Assembly: GCA_963662665.2 (NCBI GenBank)
Contig: CAXXJS010000020.1
Span: 1 to 64,000, forward strand
DNA from: Candidatus Latescibacterota bacterium
GTDB lineage: Bacteria > Latescibacterota > UBA2968 > GCA-2709665
DNA length: 64,000 nucleotides
Direction of reading: 5' to 3'
Under the pieces are notes generated by a model. It worked only from the letters and a program-made list of their open reading frames with translations, searched no databases and was not told the DNA's origin. Made by a program: the position numbers and the translations under genes. Below, piece after piece: positions 29,964 through 40,001 of the stretch (its first letter is position 1; the number at the start of each line of letters is the position of its first letter).

Positions 29964-31436
29964 ATGTCAACCGGCGACATCGTCCGCATCGGACACCTGA
30001 AGACCGTCGACGCGTTTCGGGAGCGCCTCAAGACCCTTTGCCTGGAGTTGCCCTGCGACCAGGACATCCTGACTGCGCCCGAATCTCCGCTCGCACAGCC
30101 ATTTCCGTTCGCCCCGGGTTCCATCGGCAATCGGTTTGCAATTCATCCGATGGAAGGCTGGGACGGCCTTACGGACGGCACGCCATCCGATAATACACGG
30201 CGCCGGTGGCGAAATTTCGGTCTCAGCGGGGCAAAACTCATCTGGGGGGGCGAGGCGATAGCCGTTCGACGGGAAGCACGTGCAAACCCCAACCAGCTGT
30301 ACGTCGCAGACCATACCCGACGCGGTCTCGCGGAACTGCTGGACGCGCTCCTGGCGGCGCACCGACTGCACGATGGCGACACGGACGATCTGCTGGTGGG
30401 GCTGCAACTCACGCACTCGGGACGTTTCTGCCGGCCGGCGCATAAGAGCAGGATGGAACCCAGAATCCTGTACCGTCATCCTATCCTTGACGGTAAATTC
30501 GGCGTGAGTCCGACGCACCCCGTGATGTCGGACGGCGAGATACGATCCGTTATCGACGATTACGTTAAGGCAGCCCGAATGGCCTCTGATCTAGGCTACC
30601 AATTCGTGGACGTTAAGCACTGCCACGGATATCTGGGACACGAATTCCTGAGTGCCGTTACCCGCGACGGCCCATACGGCGGCACCTTTGAGAACCGAAC
30701 GCGTTTCCTTCGGGAAATTGTACAGGGTATCCGGACCCTTGTTCCGAATCTCCACATTGGCGTTCGCGTGAGCGCTTTCGACTTTGTTCCGTTCCGGCCG
30801 GATCCGGAACAGACTGACGGTCACAAACAGGGCCCGGGCATACCGGAAGATTTCGACCACTGCCTGCCCTATGCATTCGGTTTTGGAACCGACCCGTCCA
30901 ACCCCGTCGAACCGGACCTTACGGAACCCTATATGTTTCTCGACTTGCTTGAACGCCTGGACATCCGGCTGGTCAATATTTCTGCCGGCAGCCCGTATTA
31001 CAATCCCCACATTCAGCGTCCCGCTTACTATCCGCCTTCGGATGGATACCAACCCCCTGAAGACCCTCTCGTGGACGTCGCGCGTCAGATCGACGTCGTC
31101 CGGCGCATCAAGACGCGGCATCCCAAGCTGATTGTGGTGGGAACGGGGTATTCTTACCTTCAGGAATTTCTGCCGCACGTCGCTCAAGCACTCGTGCGCG
31201 CAAAGCAGGTCGACTTTATCGGATTGGGTCGGATGGTGCTTTCCTATCCGCAGCTGCCACTTGACGTCCTCAGAAACGGAAAACTGAACACACGGTCCAT
31301 CTGTCGAACGTTCAGCGATTGCACCACTGCGCCTCGGAACGGGCTGATATCGGGTTGTTTCCCTCTGGATGGACATTATAAAAAATCCCCCGAAGCCAAA
31401 CGCCTCAGGGAAATTAAGAAAGCCGTCCGTACCTAG
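29964..31436 (+). CDS. NADH:flavin oxidoreductase (Old Yellow Enzyme family)
   Basis: [49 protein letters not shown]. Confidence 0.92.
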   Translation: MSTGDIVRIGHLKTVDAFRERLKTLCLELPCDQDILTAPESPLAQPFPFAPGSIGNRFAIHPMEGWDGLTDGTPSDNTRRRWRNFGLSGAKLIWGGEAIAVRREARANPNQLYVADHTRRGLAELLDALLAAHRLHDGDTDDLLVGLQLTHSGRFCRPAHKSRMEPRILYRHPILDGKFGVSPTHPVMSDGEIRSVIDDYVKAARMASDLGYQFVDVKHCHGYLGHEFLSAVTRDGPYGGTFENRTRFLREIVQGIRTLVPNLHIGVRVSAFDFVPFRPDPEQTDGHKQGPGIPEDFDHCLPYAFGFGTDPSNPVEPDLTEPYMFLDLLERLDIRLVNISAGSPYYNPHIQRPAYYPPSDGYQPPEDPLVDVARQIDVVRRIKTRHPKLIVVGTGYSYLQEFLPHVAQALVRAKQVDFIGLGRMVLSYPQLPLDVLRNGKLNTRSICRTFSDCTTAPRNGLISGCFPLDGHYKKSPEAKRLREIKKAVRT

Positions 31437-31481
31437 CAAGGGGAAAGCGGCGCGCCATCAGCCACGGCGTGCCCGACGCGC

Positions 31482-32291
31482 TCAACCCCTTTTGCCGTCG
31501 TCGACTGCAATGGCCTTGAGTACGAAAACCTCCTCAAGATTAAAAAAATCGACGCTTGGCACCAACTGAACCTCCCTGAATAGCGCTTGATCGTGTTCGC
31601 CCACACGGGTTACCGTGCCAATTAAGAGACCCTTGGGAAACAGACCGCCCAGGCCCGACGAGATAATTTTATCTCCCTCGGAGACCTCGCTGCGTACCGA
31701 CACATGCCTCAGAAAAAAGCTCCCGTTTTCGCTGGTTACAATTCCTGACGTCCTTTCGTTGCGCTGCACGATCGCGCTGACCCGGCAATTGCGATCCAGC
31801 AACAGCTGAACCACGGCAGTCCGAGGGTGAACTTCCAGGACGCGCCCGACGAGCCCGTTCGCCGTTACAACCGGCATGCGTTTCGCCACACCGTCCGCCG
31901 CACCCATATCCAGGAGTATCGTGTTCAGGACGCGGTTCGGGTCCCGGGCAACCACCTGTGCCACCAGATAGGTGCCTTCGGCCTTCGTTCGAAATTCGAG
32001 CAACTCGCGAAGCCGCAGATTCTCCATTTTCGCTTCGCGGAGTTCCAGCAACTCGAGCGAGATCCGCAGATTCTGTTCCCGCAGGATATGATTCTCGTGG
32101 CTCAGCCTGGATAGTTCCCTGGGCCATCTGAACAATCCGTGTCCGGCTTCCATAAACCCGGTGGCGATGCCTCTTGCCAACGCCACCGCATCAGATTGGC
32201 TGAGCGCCATGAGACTCAACGATGCAAGGATCGCCGCGCCCAACACGGCAACCGCGCGGCGTCCTCGTAAGAAACCAAGCAGCCACTGCAT
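31482..32291 (-). CDS. mreC: Rod shape-determining protein MreC
   Basis: N-terminal TM, EN.RLRELL, GLVGRV, SSGLGGLFPKGL.IG; follows mreB. Confidence 0.95.
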   Translation of the reverse strand: MQWLLGFLRGRRAVAVLGAAILASLSLMALSQSDAVALARGIATGFMEAGHGLFRWPRELSRLSHENHILREQNLRISLELLELREAKMENLRLRELLEFRTKAEGTYLVAQVVARDPNRVLNTILLDMGAADGVAKRMPVVTANGLVGRVLEVHPRTAVVQLLLDRNCRVSAIVQRNERTSGIVTSENGSFFLRHVSVRSEVSEGDKIISSGLGGLFPKGLLIGTVTRVGEHDQALFREVQLVPSVDFFNLEEVFVLKAIAVDDGKRG

Positions 32292-32313
32292 GAGTCATCC
32301 AAACCAATGTCGA

Positions 32314-33333
32314 TTACAATAACAACTTCTGATACTGGTCGATATCTTCAAGAACGCGCCCGGTGCCGCGGACAACACAGGTAAGCGGGTCGTCCGCCAC
32401 GATCACCGGCAAGCCGGTTTCCTCCATCAGCCTGTGGTCAAGGCCGCGCAGCAATGCCCCGCCTCCCGTCATAATGATGCCCCGGTCCAGTATATCGGCT
32501 GCCAGTTCGGGCGGTGTATGCTCCAGGGTCTGCCGCACGGCCTCCAAAATGGAATTCACCGTACCGTTTAACGCCTCCCGAATTTCCACCGAATCGACAA
32601 TAATGGTTTTCGGGATAAAACTGACCGTATCCAACCCCCGGCAAGGATGCTGGAATTCACTATCAAGTTTCCCGGCAGAACCGATTTCGCATTTTATCTG
32701 CTCCGCGCTCCGTTCTCCAACAAGAAGGTTGTGTTTTCGTCTGAGCATCGTGATGATGGCCTGATTCATCCCGTCGCCCGCAATCTTGATTGACCTGGAG
32801 GTCACGATGCCCGACAGGGCTATCACCGCGATTTCGGTTGTGCCGCCTCCGATATCTATCACCATGGACCCAACTGCCTCTTCCACGGGCAGGCCGATCC
32901 CAATGGCTGCGGCCATGGGCTCCTTGATGATATACACGTCGCGTGCGCCGGCACGCTCCGCGGACTCCCGGACGGCGCGCATTTCGACTGCGGTCACGCC
33001 AGAAGGCACGCAAATCACAATCCGAGGACGTACGAGAAGCCTGTTTTTTTGAACCATTCGGATGAAATGCCGAAGCATCTCTTCGGTCACGTCGAAATCC
33101 GCAATAACCCCGTTACGAAGTGGACGTATCACCTCAATATCCGGGTTCTGGCGTCCCATCATCTGTTTGGCATGAGAACCGATGGCCAGCGGTTTGTGGG
33201 AGTTGCGATCCAGCGCCACCACCGACGGCTCATCTACCACGATATTCTGTCCTTTGACATACACCAGGGTATTGGCCGTGCCCAGATCGATACCGATGTC
33301 GTTGGACAGCAGTCTGGAAAGGAAAAATGCCAT
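32314..33333 (-). CDS. mreB: Rod shape-determining protein MreB
   Basis: IGIDLGTANT, EPMAAAIG, DIGGGTTE, TGGGALL. Confidence 0.98.
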   Translation of the reverse strand: MAFFLSRLLSNDIGIDLGTANTLVYVKGQNIVVDEPSVVALDRNSHKPLAIGSHAKQMMGRQNPDIEVIRPLRNGVIADFDVTEEMLRHFIRMVQKNRLLVRPRIVICVPSGVTAVEMRAVRESAERAGARDVYIIKEPMAAAIGIGLPVEEAVGSMVIDIGGGTTEIAVIALSGIVTSRSIKIAGDGMNQAIITMLRRKHNLLVGERSAEQIKCEIGSAGKLDSEFQHPCRGLDTVSFIPKTIIVDSVEIREALNGTVNSILEAVRQTLEHTPPELAADILDRGIIMTGGGALLRGLDHRLMEETGLPVIVADDPLTCVVRGTGRVLEDIDQYQKLLL

Positions 33334-33354
33334 AGTGATTCAGTTCCTAACGGG

Positions 33355-33654
33355 TTAGCCAAGCAATCGATCCCGAACGTCGCGATACTTGTCCAGCGTT
33401 TTCCGGACGATTTTCGTCGACGTTTGCCGTAATCAGATGGTAATTGACCACGTGCGCGAGTTTTTCGAACCAGAAGAGAGACATCTCTGTCAGGATGGCG
33501 CCCTTGCCGGGAATGCCGTTGGGTGCTACACAATCAAACGCCGAGATTCGATCTGTCGCCACAATCAGGAGTCGATCATCCAAATCATAAACATCCCTGA
33601 CCTTACCCCTGGCGAACAGGGGCACGCGTCCAACTTCGTCTCCGTCAACGCCAT
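33355..33654 (-). pseudogene. purC: SAICAR synthase pseudogene (frameshift plus large internal deletion)
   Basis: MALTETKLD, frameshift, [35 protein letters not shown], then in another frame a PurC-like C-terminus [18 protein letters not shown]. Confidence 0.85.
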
Positions 33655-33676
33655 CACCCTGGAAGTATTTCCTCCT

Positions 33677-34339
33677 CTAGTTTAGTATTCTAACCTCCCC
33701 GCCATCGACGCTTATTCTACCTTCAGCGAACAAACCGATCGCTTCGGCGTACAACTCGTGCTCCACGACCAGTACCTTACGCGCGAGGGAATCGGGCGTT
33801 TCTTCGGGCGCCACGCGGACCCTCCGCTGCAAAACGATGGGTCCGGTGTCGTATTCACTGTCCACGAGGTGCACGGTCGCACCGGAGACCGCCACGCCAC
33901 TCCGGACGACGGCTTCATGGACGCGATGCCCATACATCCCCTTGCCACCGAATGCCGGAAGGAGAGCGGGATGCATATTGACGATACGGTCTTTATAGTT
34001 TTTGAGCGTCACCGGGCCAATTTTCTTCATGTATCCGGCCAGAACCACCAGATCGACGCCGTGGGAGTTGAGCGTTGCCGCAATAGCCCGGTCGAGGTCG
34101 CGCGGTTTCGGGTGCGTCAGACCGCTCAGGTGGAACGTGGGAACGCCCGCCCGCCGGGCGCGGGCTATCGCGCCCGATCGGCTGTTATTGCCGATCAGAA
34201 CGGCCACACGCGCCGGTAGCCGACCCGAATCGCTCCGGTCGAGTATCGCCTGCAGATTGGTTCCCCCTCCCGAGGCCAGTACACCCAGACAGTAGACGCC
34301 ATTGCGTCCAGACTGTTTTTGAATTCCGGAATCCGACAC
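33677..34339 (-). CDS. purN: Phosphoribosylglycinamide formyltransferase
   Basis: LASGGGTNLQAI, LAGYM, NMHPALLP.FGG.G, GATVH.V..YDTGPI, EH; GTG start at 34339 is tentative. Confidence 0.93.
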   Translation of the reverse strand: MSDSGIQKQSGRNGVYCLGVLASGGGTNLQAILDRSDSGRLPARVAVLIGNNSRSGAIARARRAGVPTFHLSGLTHPKPRDLDRAIAATLNSHGVDLVVLAGYMKKIGPVTLKNYKDRIVNMHPALLPAFGGKGMYGHRVHEAVVRSGVAVSGATVHLVDSEYDTGPIVLQRRVRVAPEETPDSLARKVLVVEHELYAEAIGLFAEGRISVDGGEVRILN

Positions 34340-34462
34340 GGGGATGCATTCCGATGGCTGACTTTGTAAAAGATAATTCGGCGGGGAAGAAGTAGAAATA
34401 GGGGGAGACACCCGTCGGCAAGAATGGCGTCGGGACTGAGAGACACGCGACTCAGCCGACTC

Positions 34463-34491
34463 AAAATAACCCATTGCCCGCTCGATGTCAA
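34463..34491 (-). promoter_or_regulatory. Sigma-70 promoter of purN-purC-mreBC
   Basis: Minus strand TTGACA-N17-TATTTT. Confidence 0.6.
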
Positions 34492-34621
34492 GCGCTTTGC
34501 AGGCGAGGTTCAGGCGATGCAAGTGACAAAATCCACTTGACAAGAATGCGACAACGTTCCTTATTTAAACCGATATATGTTAAGCACTTACTCATTTGCT
34601 TCACCACAACGGAGGTCGTCC

Positions 34622-35518
34622 TTGAAGATTCGCAAGGCCGTGATCGCGGCGGCCGGGTACGGCAGCCGGTTGTTGCCGGCCACCAAAGCCCTGCCCAAAG
34701 AGATGATGCCCGTGGTAGACAAACCGGCTATACAGTATATCATCGAAGAACTCGTAGAAGCCGGGATCGACGACATTCTGATAATCACGGGCAGAGGCAA
34801 ACGGGCCATAGAAGACCACTTCGACCGCAACGTCGAACTTCGGAACGCCGTGGCAAGACAGGAAGACCGTTCGATGCTCGCAACCCTTGAACGCATCGAG
34901 CAACTCGCCGATATCCACTATCTCCGACAGAGAGAGCAACTCGGAACCGGTCACGCCGTCCTCAAGGCCCGCAAACACATCGGTGACGAACCGTTTGCCG
35001 TGCTATTCGGAGACGACCTGGTGGTATCCGATCGCCCGTGCATCGGGCAACTGATGGATCAGTTCGACAATTTCGATGCGTCGATTCTGGCGGTTAAAGA
35101 AGTGGCCCCCGAACTGGTTGGCAGCTATGGCGTGATCAACGCCGAGTCCATCAACGGGGCATTTCTCGTGAAGGGCCTCGTAGAAAAACCCGCCCCGGCG
35201 CAGGCGCCCTCAAATCTCGCCTGTCTCGGCAGGTATATTTTCGAGCCCGACATCTTCGACTTCCTGGACCGAATCACCCCGGCGCAAAATGGCGAGTACC
35301 AACTCACCGACGCCATTCAGCTGATGATTCAATCCCGATCCGTTTACGCGTGCGCAGTCGACGGGGATTGGCACACGGTTGGCGACCTGCTCTCGTATTT
35401 GAAAACAACGGTCGCGTTTGCCGTGCGGCACCCCACCATTGGCGATTCCTTCCTGGAACACCTTAAAACAACCTGTCAATCCCTGTTCGTGGACGCGGAG
35501 AAACCGCGCGACCATTGA
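34622..35518 (+). CDS. galU: UTP--glucose-1-phosphate uridylyltransferase
   Basis: KAVIAAAGYGSRLLPATKA.PKEM.PVVDKP, EDHFD, Q.EQLGTGHAV, VEKP, GEYQLTDA; TTG start after GGAGG. Confidence 0.95.
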   Translation: MKIRKAVIAAAGYGSRLLPATKALPKEMMPVVDKPAIQYIIEELVEAGIDDILIITGRGKRAIEDHFDRNVELRNAVARQEDRSMLATLERIEQLADIHYLRQREQLGTGHAVLKARKHIGDEPFAVLFGDDLVVSDRPCIGQLMDQFDNFDASILAVKEVAPELVGSYGVINAESINGAFLVKGLVEKPAPAQAPSNLACLGRYIFEPDIFDFLDRITPAQNGEYQLTDAIQLMIQSRSVYACAVDGDWHTVGDLLSYLKTTVAFAVRHPTIGDSFLEHLKTTCQSLFVDAEKPRDH

Positions 35519-35524
35519 ACGGGC

Positions 35525-35614
35525 TTAGAAGGTGTCTTAAAATCCCCAGCGGTCTTCGCACGGCTGCAAGAGCGCCGGTCGGGACTCACCCAGGAATTTT
35601 ACAACAGCTTCTTA
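35525..35614. mobile_element. MITE-like repeat family C between convergent galU and DUF402 genes
   Basis: AGAAGGTGTCTTAAAATCCC vs reverse complement of the right end AGAAGCTGTTGTAAAATTCC (16/20); right end includes the DUF402 TAA stop; related sequence at 55259. Confidence 0.55.
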
Positions 35615-36091
35615 CGACCGGGCAAGAAGGTCATCGAAGTCCGCCAGAATCTCGTCCACGTGGTCGACGATTACACGCTCCTGACTCGCGATCCAATCCG
35701 AATCCTGCCTGCGGAGCGCCCCACGCCTCTCAAAGGCTTCCAGTTCATCCCGATCGAGAACCGCAAGCCGACCTTCCGAATCGAACCAGAGATCCAGCAT
35801 CAGGTCGACGTAGTCAACGCAGTGATCCCGCACCTCCAGATTCTTGCAGATGTGAAAGAGATGGCCCAGCAGTCGACCCTGAGGATCGTGAGTCTTCCAC
35901 AATACATACCCGGCCCCCTGCCGGTAGTATCCATAGGTAACGGACCCGGTTTCAAACGTGACATCGCCCACCCTCCCAGGTCGTGTATTTACATATTTGA
36001 GCAACACGCTACATGGCGTCCTCGCAATGGGCTCACAAACAAAAACGGCGTCCGGTTTGTCCAGGTGCCGTTTTATCTCCCGATAGCTCAT
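35612..36091 (-). CDS. DUF402 domain protein
   Basis: YVDLMLDLWF..G...VLDRDEL..A.RRG signature; start uncertain. Confidence 0.75.
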   Translation of the reverse strand: MSYREIKRHLDKPDAVFVCEPIARTPCSVLLKYVNTRPGRVGDVTFETGSVTYGYYRQGAGYVLWKTHDPQGRLLGHLFHICKNLEVRDHCVDYVDLMLDLWFDSEGRLAVLDRDELEAFERRGALRRQDSDWIASQERVIVDHVDEILADFDDLLARS

Positions 36092-36276
36092 GACGTTTAC
36101 GAACCGCTTAGAAGATAACAGAACAGCATCGCGGTACTTGCCAGCAGCCAGCATGCCCATTGCAGCAGTTTCGCGCGGCGTCCCTCCATACCTGACGAAA
36201 TGGACTGACCGAGATAGCAAAACAGGAACACCAGCGATATTCCGATACCCCAGATTGTAATCAAGAAAGACCCTCC

Positions 36277-37020
36277 TTATTCCTGAGCTTGTGCCTCGCC
36301 CGTCATCGGTACGAACCGGACAGGAATTACCCGTTCTTCCCTGACGCCGTTCGTCTCCTTAACGAGCAGCGTCAGGTGTTGGTTGGCGTTGCCGACGGGT
36401 ATCACCATGCGCCCGCCTTCCCGAAGCTGTTCGACAAGCCTCGGGGGAATATGGTCGGGCGCCGCCGTTACGATGACTGCGTCGAAGGGTGCATGTTCTT
36501 TCCAGCCCCTGTACCCGTCGCCCAGACGCACGCTGACGTTGTCGTATCCCATTCTCGTGAGTCGATCTTCGGCCTGGCGCGCGAGCGACGGTACGATTTC
36601 GATGGTATACACGTGGCGCACCAGTTTTGCAAGGACTGCCGCCTGATAGCCCGAGCCGGTTCCGATCTCGAGCACCCTCTCGTTTCCTTCAAGGGCCAGC
36701 AGTTCCGTCATTTTCGCCACAATGTAGGGTTGCGATATCGTCTGCTCCTCGCCAATAGGCAAGGCGCCGTCGTCATACGCCCGATCTTTCACCTGCTCGG
36801 GCACGAACATGTGGCGGGGCACCCCAAGCATCGCATCCAACACTCGGCGTTCCTTTATTCCGCGGCGCTCGATCTGAATTTTAACCATCCTCTTGCGCAT
36901 AATGAGAAATCGCGCCTCCTCATCCACCGACAATCCCTGTCTGTCTGTCGAATCCGCACTACAACCTGCGCAAAGCGCCAACCATAGCGCCGACAACGTA
37001 GCGCCGCGTAAGCGATGCAT
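36277..37020 (-). CDS. pcm: Protein-L-isoaspartate O-methyltransferase with a lipoprotein-like N-terminus
   Basis: VPRH.FVP, AY.D.ALPIG..QTISQPY, VLEIGTGSGYQAA, APFDAVIVTAA, VRFVPM; N-terminal LWLALCAGC. Confidence 0.95.
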   Translation of the reverse strand: MHRLRGATLSALWLALCAGCSADSTDRQGLSVDEEARFLIMRKRMVKIQIERRGIKERRVLDAMLGVPRHMFVPEQVKDRAYDDGALPIGEEQTISQPYIVAKMTELLALEGNERVLEIGTGSGYQAAVLAKLVRHVYTIEIVPSLARQAEDRLTRMGYDNVSVRLGDGYRGWKEHAPFDAVIVTAAPDHIPPRLVEQLREGGRMVIPVGNANQHLTLLVKETNGVREERVIPVRFVPMTGEAQAQE

Positions 37021-37041
37021 GGGCTACAGCCTCCAGGTGAA

Positions 37042-38664
37042 TCACTTTCTTTCTTGCTCCAAATATGCCTTGTCCCGCTGCAGAAGCTCCGGATTCAGCC
37101 GGTAGAACAAATCCCGCGCCTGCGGCAACATCCTGCTCGTGACGACGAATCGGCCGTCGAGCAGTAGCGATGGATTCATTGACCGATCGATACCTGCTCT
37201 GGACGCCGCAATTCGAGACCGCGCAGCAAGCCCCGCGCCATCTTCGGAGGCGCAGCGCCTTATACGCTCTACGTCCATCGCCTGCTGGTTCAGACAGGTG
37301 ATGCCGGAACCCTTGCCCCCGCCTTTCAACGCACTACGGAACACGCACGTTATATACGCCCTGTACCGATCAGGATAGATCCGCCGAACACACAAGCCGG
37401 ATAGCGTGTTTTCGTCCTGACCCATCGGATGAAGGCGGAGACGTCCCGGTGCATCGACGGCATCCAGCCACGAGAGCAGTTCGCCGGCAACTCTTACCGC
37501 GGGCGTCGATATTTCCGCAAAGAAGAAATCCATACGACCCGGAACGGACTGAAGGCCCATCAGCCGCGAGACAGGCACGAGCGCGTGACGTGGCATGTAG
37601 CTGCCGCTTATCGGATACACCGCCTGCGCAAATCGACGAAACCTGGCCGTCCTTGAAAAATCGGCGTCGAGTATAAACGCCGGCACCCGGTCTACTCTAA
37701 ACCGGTCCGCCAACTGTCTGCCCTGCCGGGAATGCACGTTCAGTGTTCGAACGTCAACGCCCGGGAACAACTCTCTGGTAGACCGGACAAAGAGCCCGGG
37801 ATCACACAGGTCGCATTCGGAATCGTTTAAAACCGTCATTCTGAAGACGACGGGATCGCTGAATTTGCAAACCGCCGAAGGCTTGCCGGCGTTAACACAG
37901 ACACCAACCCGCCCCTTCGACAGACAGTCGTTATCCGTCCCGCAGACCGGAACCGATGCACAGGGCCCGGCCAGGCTATCCAGCCCGCAGATGCGTCGCG
38001 CCAGAGCGTGCGTTCCCATTCCCTCTTTTACTTCCGAGCCGTTGACGAAAAGGGTCGGCGACGCCTTGATTCCCAGTTGATTCGCCCTCAGGATATTCTC
38101 ACGGAAGAGCGCATCTCCTTCGGAGCCGGATGTGACCGCCCCCACCCGTTCGGGATCCATTCCCGCCCGCCTCGCACTGGTCTGCCAATCCGGGGTGTTG
38201 ATGGCTTCGTTTCTATATAGAATATAGTCATAATAGCGGTCGGGATACAAATGCATCATTACAACCTGCCGGATTCCTTCCTCCACCTCGGCATCGCCGT
38301 GCAGACTCAGGAAACGGCCCGTTCCGAATACCATGCCGGAGTCGCAGGATTCACCCTGGCTCGTGAGCGGACGGAGCGGAGCGGAGGGCACGGGATCCTT
38401 TCCGGCCTCCTGAGCGATGAAATGCAGTCTGAAATCAATGCCGTCGCCAAACGCCTTCAGCGTGGGCGCCAGCGCCGCTTCCGCCCGCATCCCGTAAGGA
38501 CAGTGCGCCATCACGAACAGCTCGACCTTTACGCGATTCCCGGCATCGCCACCGCGAAACGTCCGGGACTCGGTTCCTGAAACGTCCGCAACGGGAACCG
38601 GGAGCCACGGGAAAAGACCCACCAACACCGAATGGCAAATGGCCCGCAAGCCTGTCCCACTCAT
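37042..38664 (-). CDS. Multi-domain thioredoxin-fold (GILT/DsbA-like) cysteine-rich protein
   Basis: VELFVMAHCPYG, SLHG..E, GI.ASPTLFVNG; Cys-rich linker; second domain CDLC...VPAF; degenerate third domain NPSLLLDG; hydrophobic N-terminus. Confidence 0.65.
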   Translation of the reverse strand: MSGTGLRAICHSVLVGLFPWLPVPVADVSGTESRTFRGGDAGNRVKVELFVMAHCPYGMRAEAALAPTLKAFGDGIDFRLHFIAQEAGKDPVPSAPLRPLTSQGESCDSGMVFGTGRFLSLHGDAEVEEGIRQVVMMHLYPDRYYDYILYRNEAINTPDWQTSARRAGMDPERVGAVTSGSEGDALFRENILRANQLGIKASPTLFVNGSEVKEGMGTHALARRICGLDSLAGPCASVPVCGTDNDCLSKGRVGVCVNAGKPSAVCKFSDPVVFRMTVLNDSECDLCDPGLFVRSTRELFPGVDVRTLNVHSRQGRQLADRFRVDRVPAFILDADFSRTARFRRFAQAVYPISGSYMPRHALVPVSRLMGLQSVPGRMDFFFAEISTPAVRVAGELLSWLDAVDAPGRLRLHPMGQDENTLSGLCVRRIYPDRYRAYITCVFRSALKGGGKGSGITCLNQQAMDVERIRRCASEDGAGLAARSRIAASRAGIDRSMNPSLLLDGRFVVTSRMLPQARDLFYRLNPELLQRDKAYLEQERK

Positions 38665-38830
38665 TACCACCTCAATGATCCTTGAAGATGCCACTCTTAA
38701 CCGGGATTCATGCATAGCAAAGCCGAAGGCGGGCCGGAGGCCCGGTTCGGGTCCGGCAGTCGGGTAACAGGAAGTCGTAATCCGCCCATTCGCGGTGCGC
38801 TCCGGACCGGCGAGCGCCGGGATTGCGGCA

Positions 38831-38867
38831 GAACAAGAAAGGCCGCCTCCGGCTCAGAGACGACCTT
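38831..38867 (-). terminator. Intrinsic terminator after the cohesin/FlgD gene
   Basis: Minus strand AAGGTCGTCTC-TGAGCCG-GAGGCGGCCTT then TCTTGTTC (stem includes G-U pairs). Confidence 0.6.
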
Positions 38868-38893
38868 AACAGTGCATCGGAAGACCGATAAGA

Positions 38894-39694
38894 CTATTTC
38901 AACAGCATCATTCGCCTGGCAGCCGAGAAATCGGCGGCCTGCAGACGATACAGATAGATCCCGCTGGCCACCTGCCGTCCCAGTTGGTCCTTGCCATCCC
39001 AAGTTATGGTATAGTGGCCCGCTTCCGTGCGTGCATCTACCAGAACACGGACCTCCTGGCCAAGGAGATTGTAGATGGCAAGCCTGACCTGTCCGGCCTC
39101 CGCAATTTGATACTCGATTGCCGTGGACGGGTTGAAGGGATTCGGCATATTCTGGCTAAGCGCCGTTCGGTCGGGCAGCGGTTTCAGATTTCCGATTTCT
39201 ATCTGAGTGAGGAGGTCGATGTCTCCATCGAGTCCCACCAGTACCCCTTCCGCAATCTGGAAATCCGTTGGGAGCGGGGCATCGGTGGCCTTGAAGATCA
39301 GTTCGACGAGAACACCGTCGCCGCTGGACCCCTGGCCGTCGACCTTCATGGCGCCGATATCCAGTTTGCCGGGCGTCCGGTTGGACGAAAGGAAGAGCGT
39401 ATTCTGCTCAGACCCCGCCTTAAGCAGATTTCCGTCGGCTTCCCTGGCTTCGAGAAACTCGTACTTGGCCGGATCGTAGATGAGCGAGAACCCGTATCCC
39501 TTAAGGTTTTTGGCTTCTGCAAGTGAAACGTGTAACTTCAGGACATCCCTGTCTGAATCGGGCGCGTCCGCCCGTTCCAGCGTCAGCCGCGCGAAAGAAT
39601 TCTGACCACCCGTGATGGTCAAACCGTCGGTCATTTCACCGGCAGAAACCGACCCTGCCAATGCAAGTGCCGCAAAAACACATAATTTCCACAT
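38894..39694 (-). CDS. Secreted cohesin-like domain protein with C-terminal FlgD-Ig / T9SS-type sorting domain
   Basis: Signal peptide; LKGYGFSL.YDP....F...GDGVLVEL.F cohesin-like core; LSQNMPNPFNPST.I.Y...IYNLLGQ.V..WDG.D..G..VASG.Y.YRL C-terminus. Confidence 0.8.
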   Translation of the reverse strand: MWKLCVFAALALAGSVSAGEMTDGLTITGGQNSFARLTLERADAPDSDRDVLKLHVSLAEAKNLKGYGFSLIYDPAKYEFLEAREADGNLLKAGSEQNTLFLSSNRTPGKLDIGAMKVDGQGSSGDGVLVELIFKATDAPLPTDFQIAEGVLVGLDGDIDLLTQIEIGNLKPLPDRTALSQNMPNPFNPSTAIEYQIAEAGQVRLAIYNLLGQEVRVLVDARTEAGHYTITWDGKDQLGRQVASGIYLYRLQAADFSAARRMMLLK

Positions 39695-39748
39695 CACCGC
39701 CTCCTTTCGGAGCCTGAACAAAACGCATTTTGGAAACTCATTTAAGAA

Positions 39749-39777
39749 AATTTACGATTTATACCACCCCGTGTCAA
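39749..39777 (-). promoter_or_regulatory. Sigma-70 promoter of the cohesin/FlgD gene
   Basis: Minus strand TTGACA-N17-TAAATT, about 55 nt upstream of ATG; AGGAGG RBS. Confidence 0.65.
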
Positions 39778-40001
39778 CAGGGAATTTCGATGGCAACTGA
39801 CGATTTTCCTGGCGGGCGCGAACGACCGCTCCCGGCTGCGGCAAACGACCGGAGACCGGGGATGTGGCAGCGGGGCCCGGCGTTTACCGTTTCGGGACGG
39901 TTAACGTTTAACCGGCTTTCCGACGGGACGAAAGCGCCTCGAGCGCATCGGACCCATTTGCCACGCTTCCGGTCCTGGCGCCGAATTCTCAAGCCGGTAG
40001 C

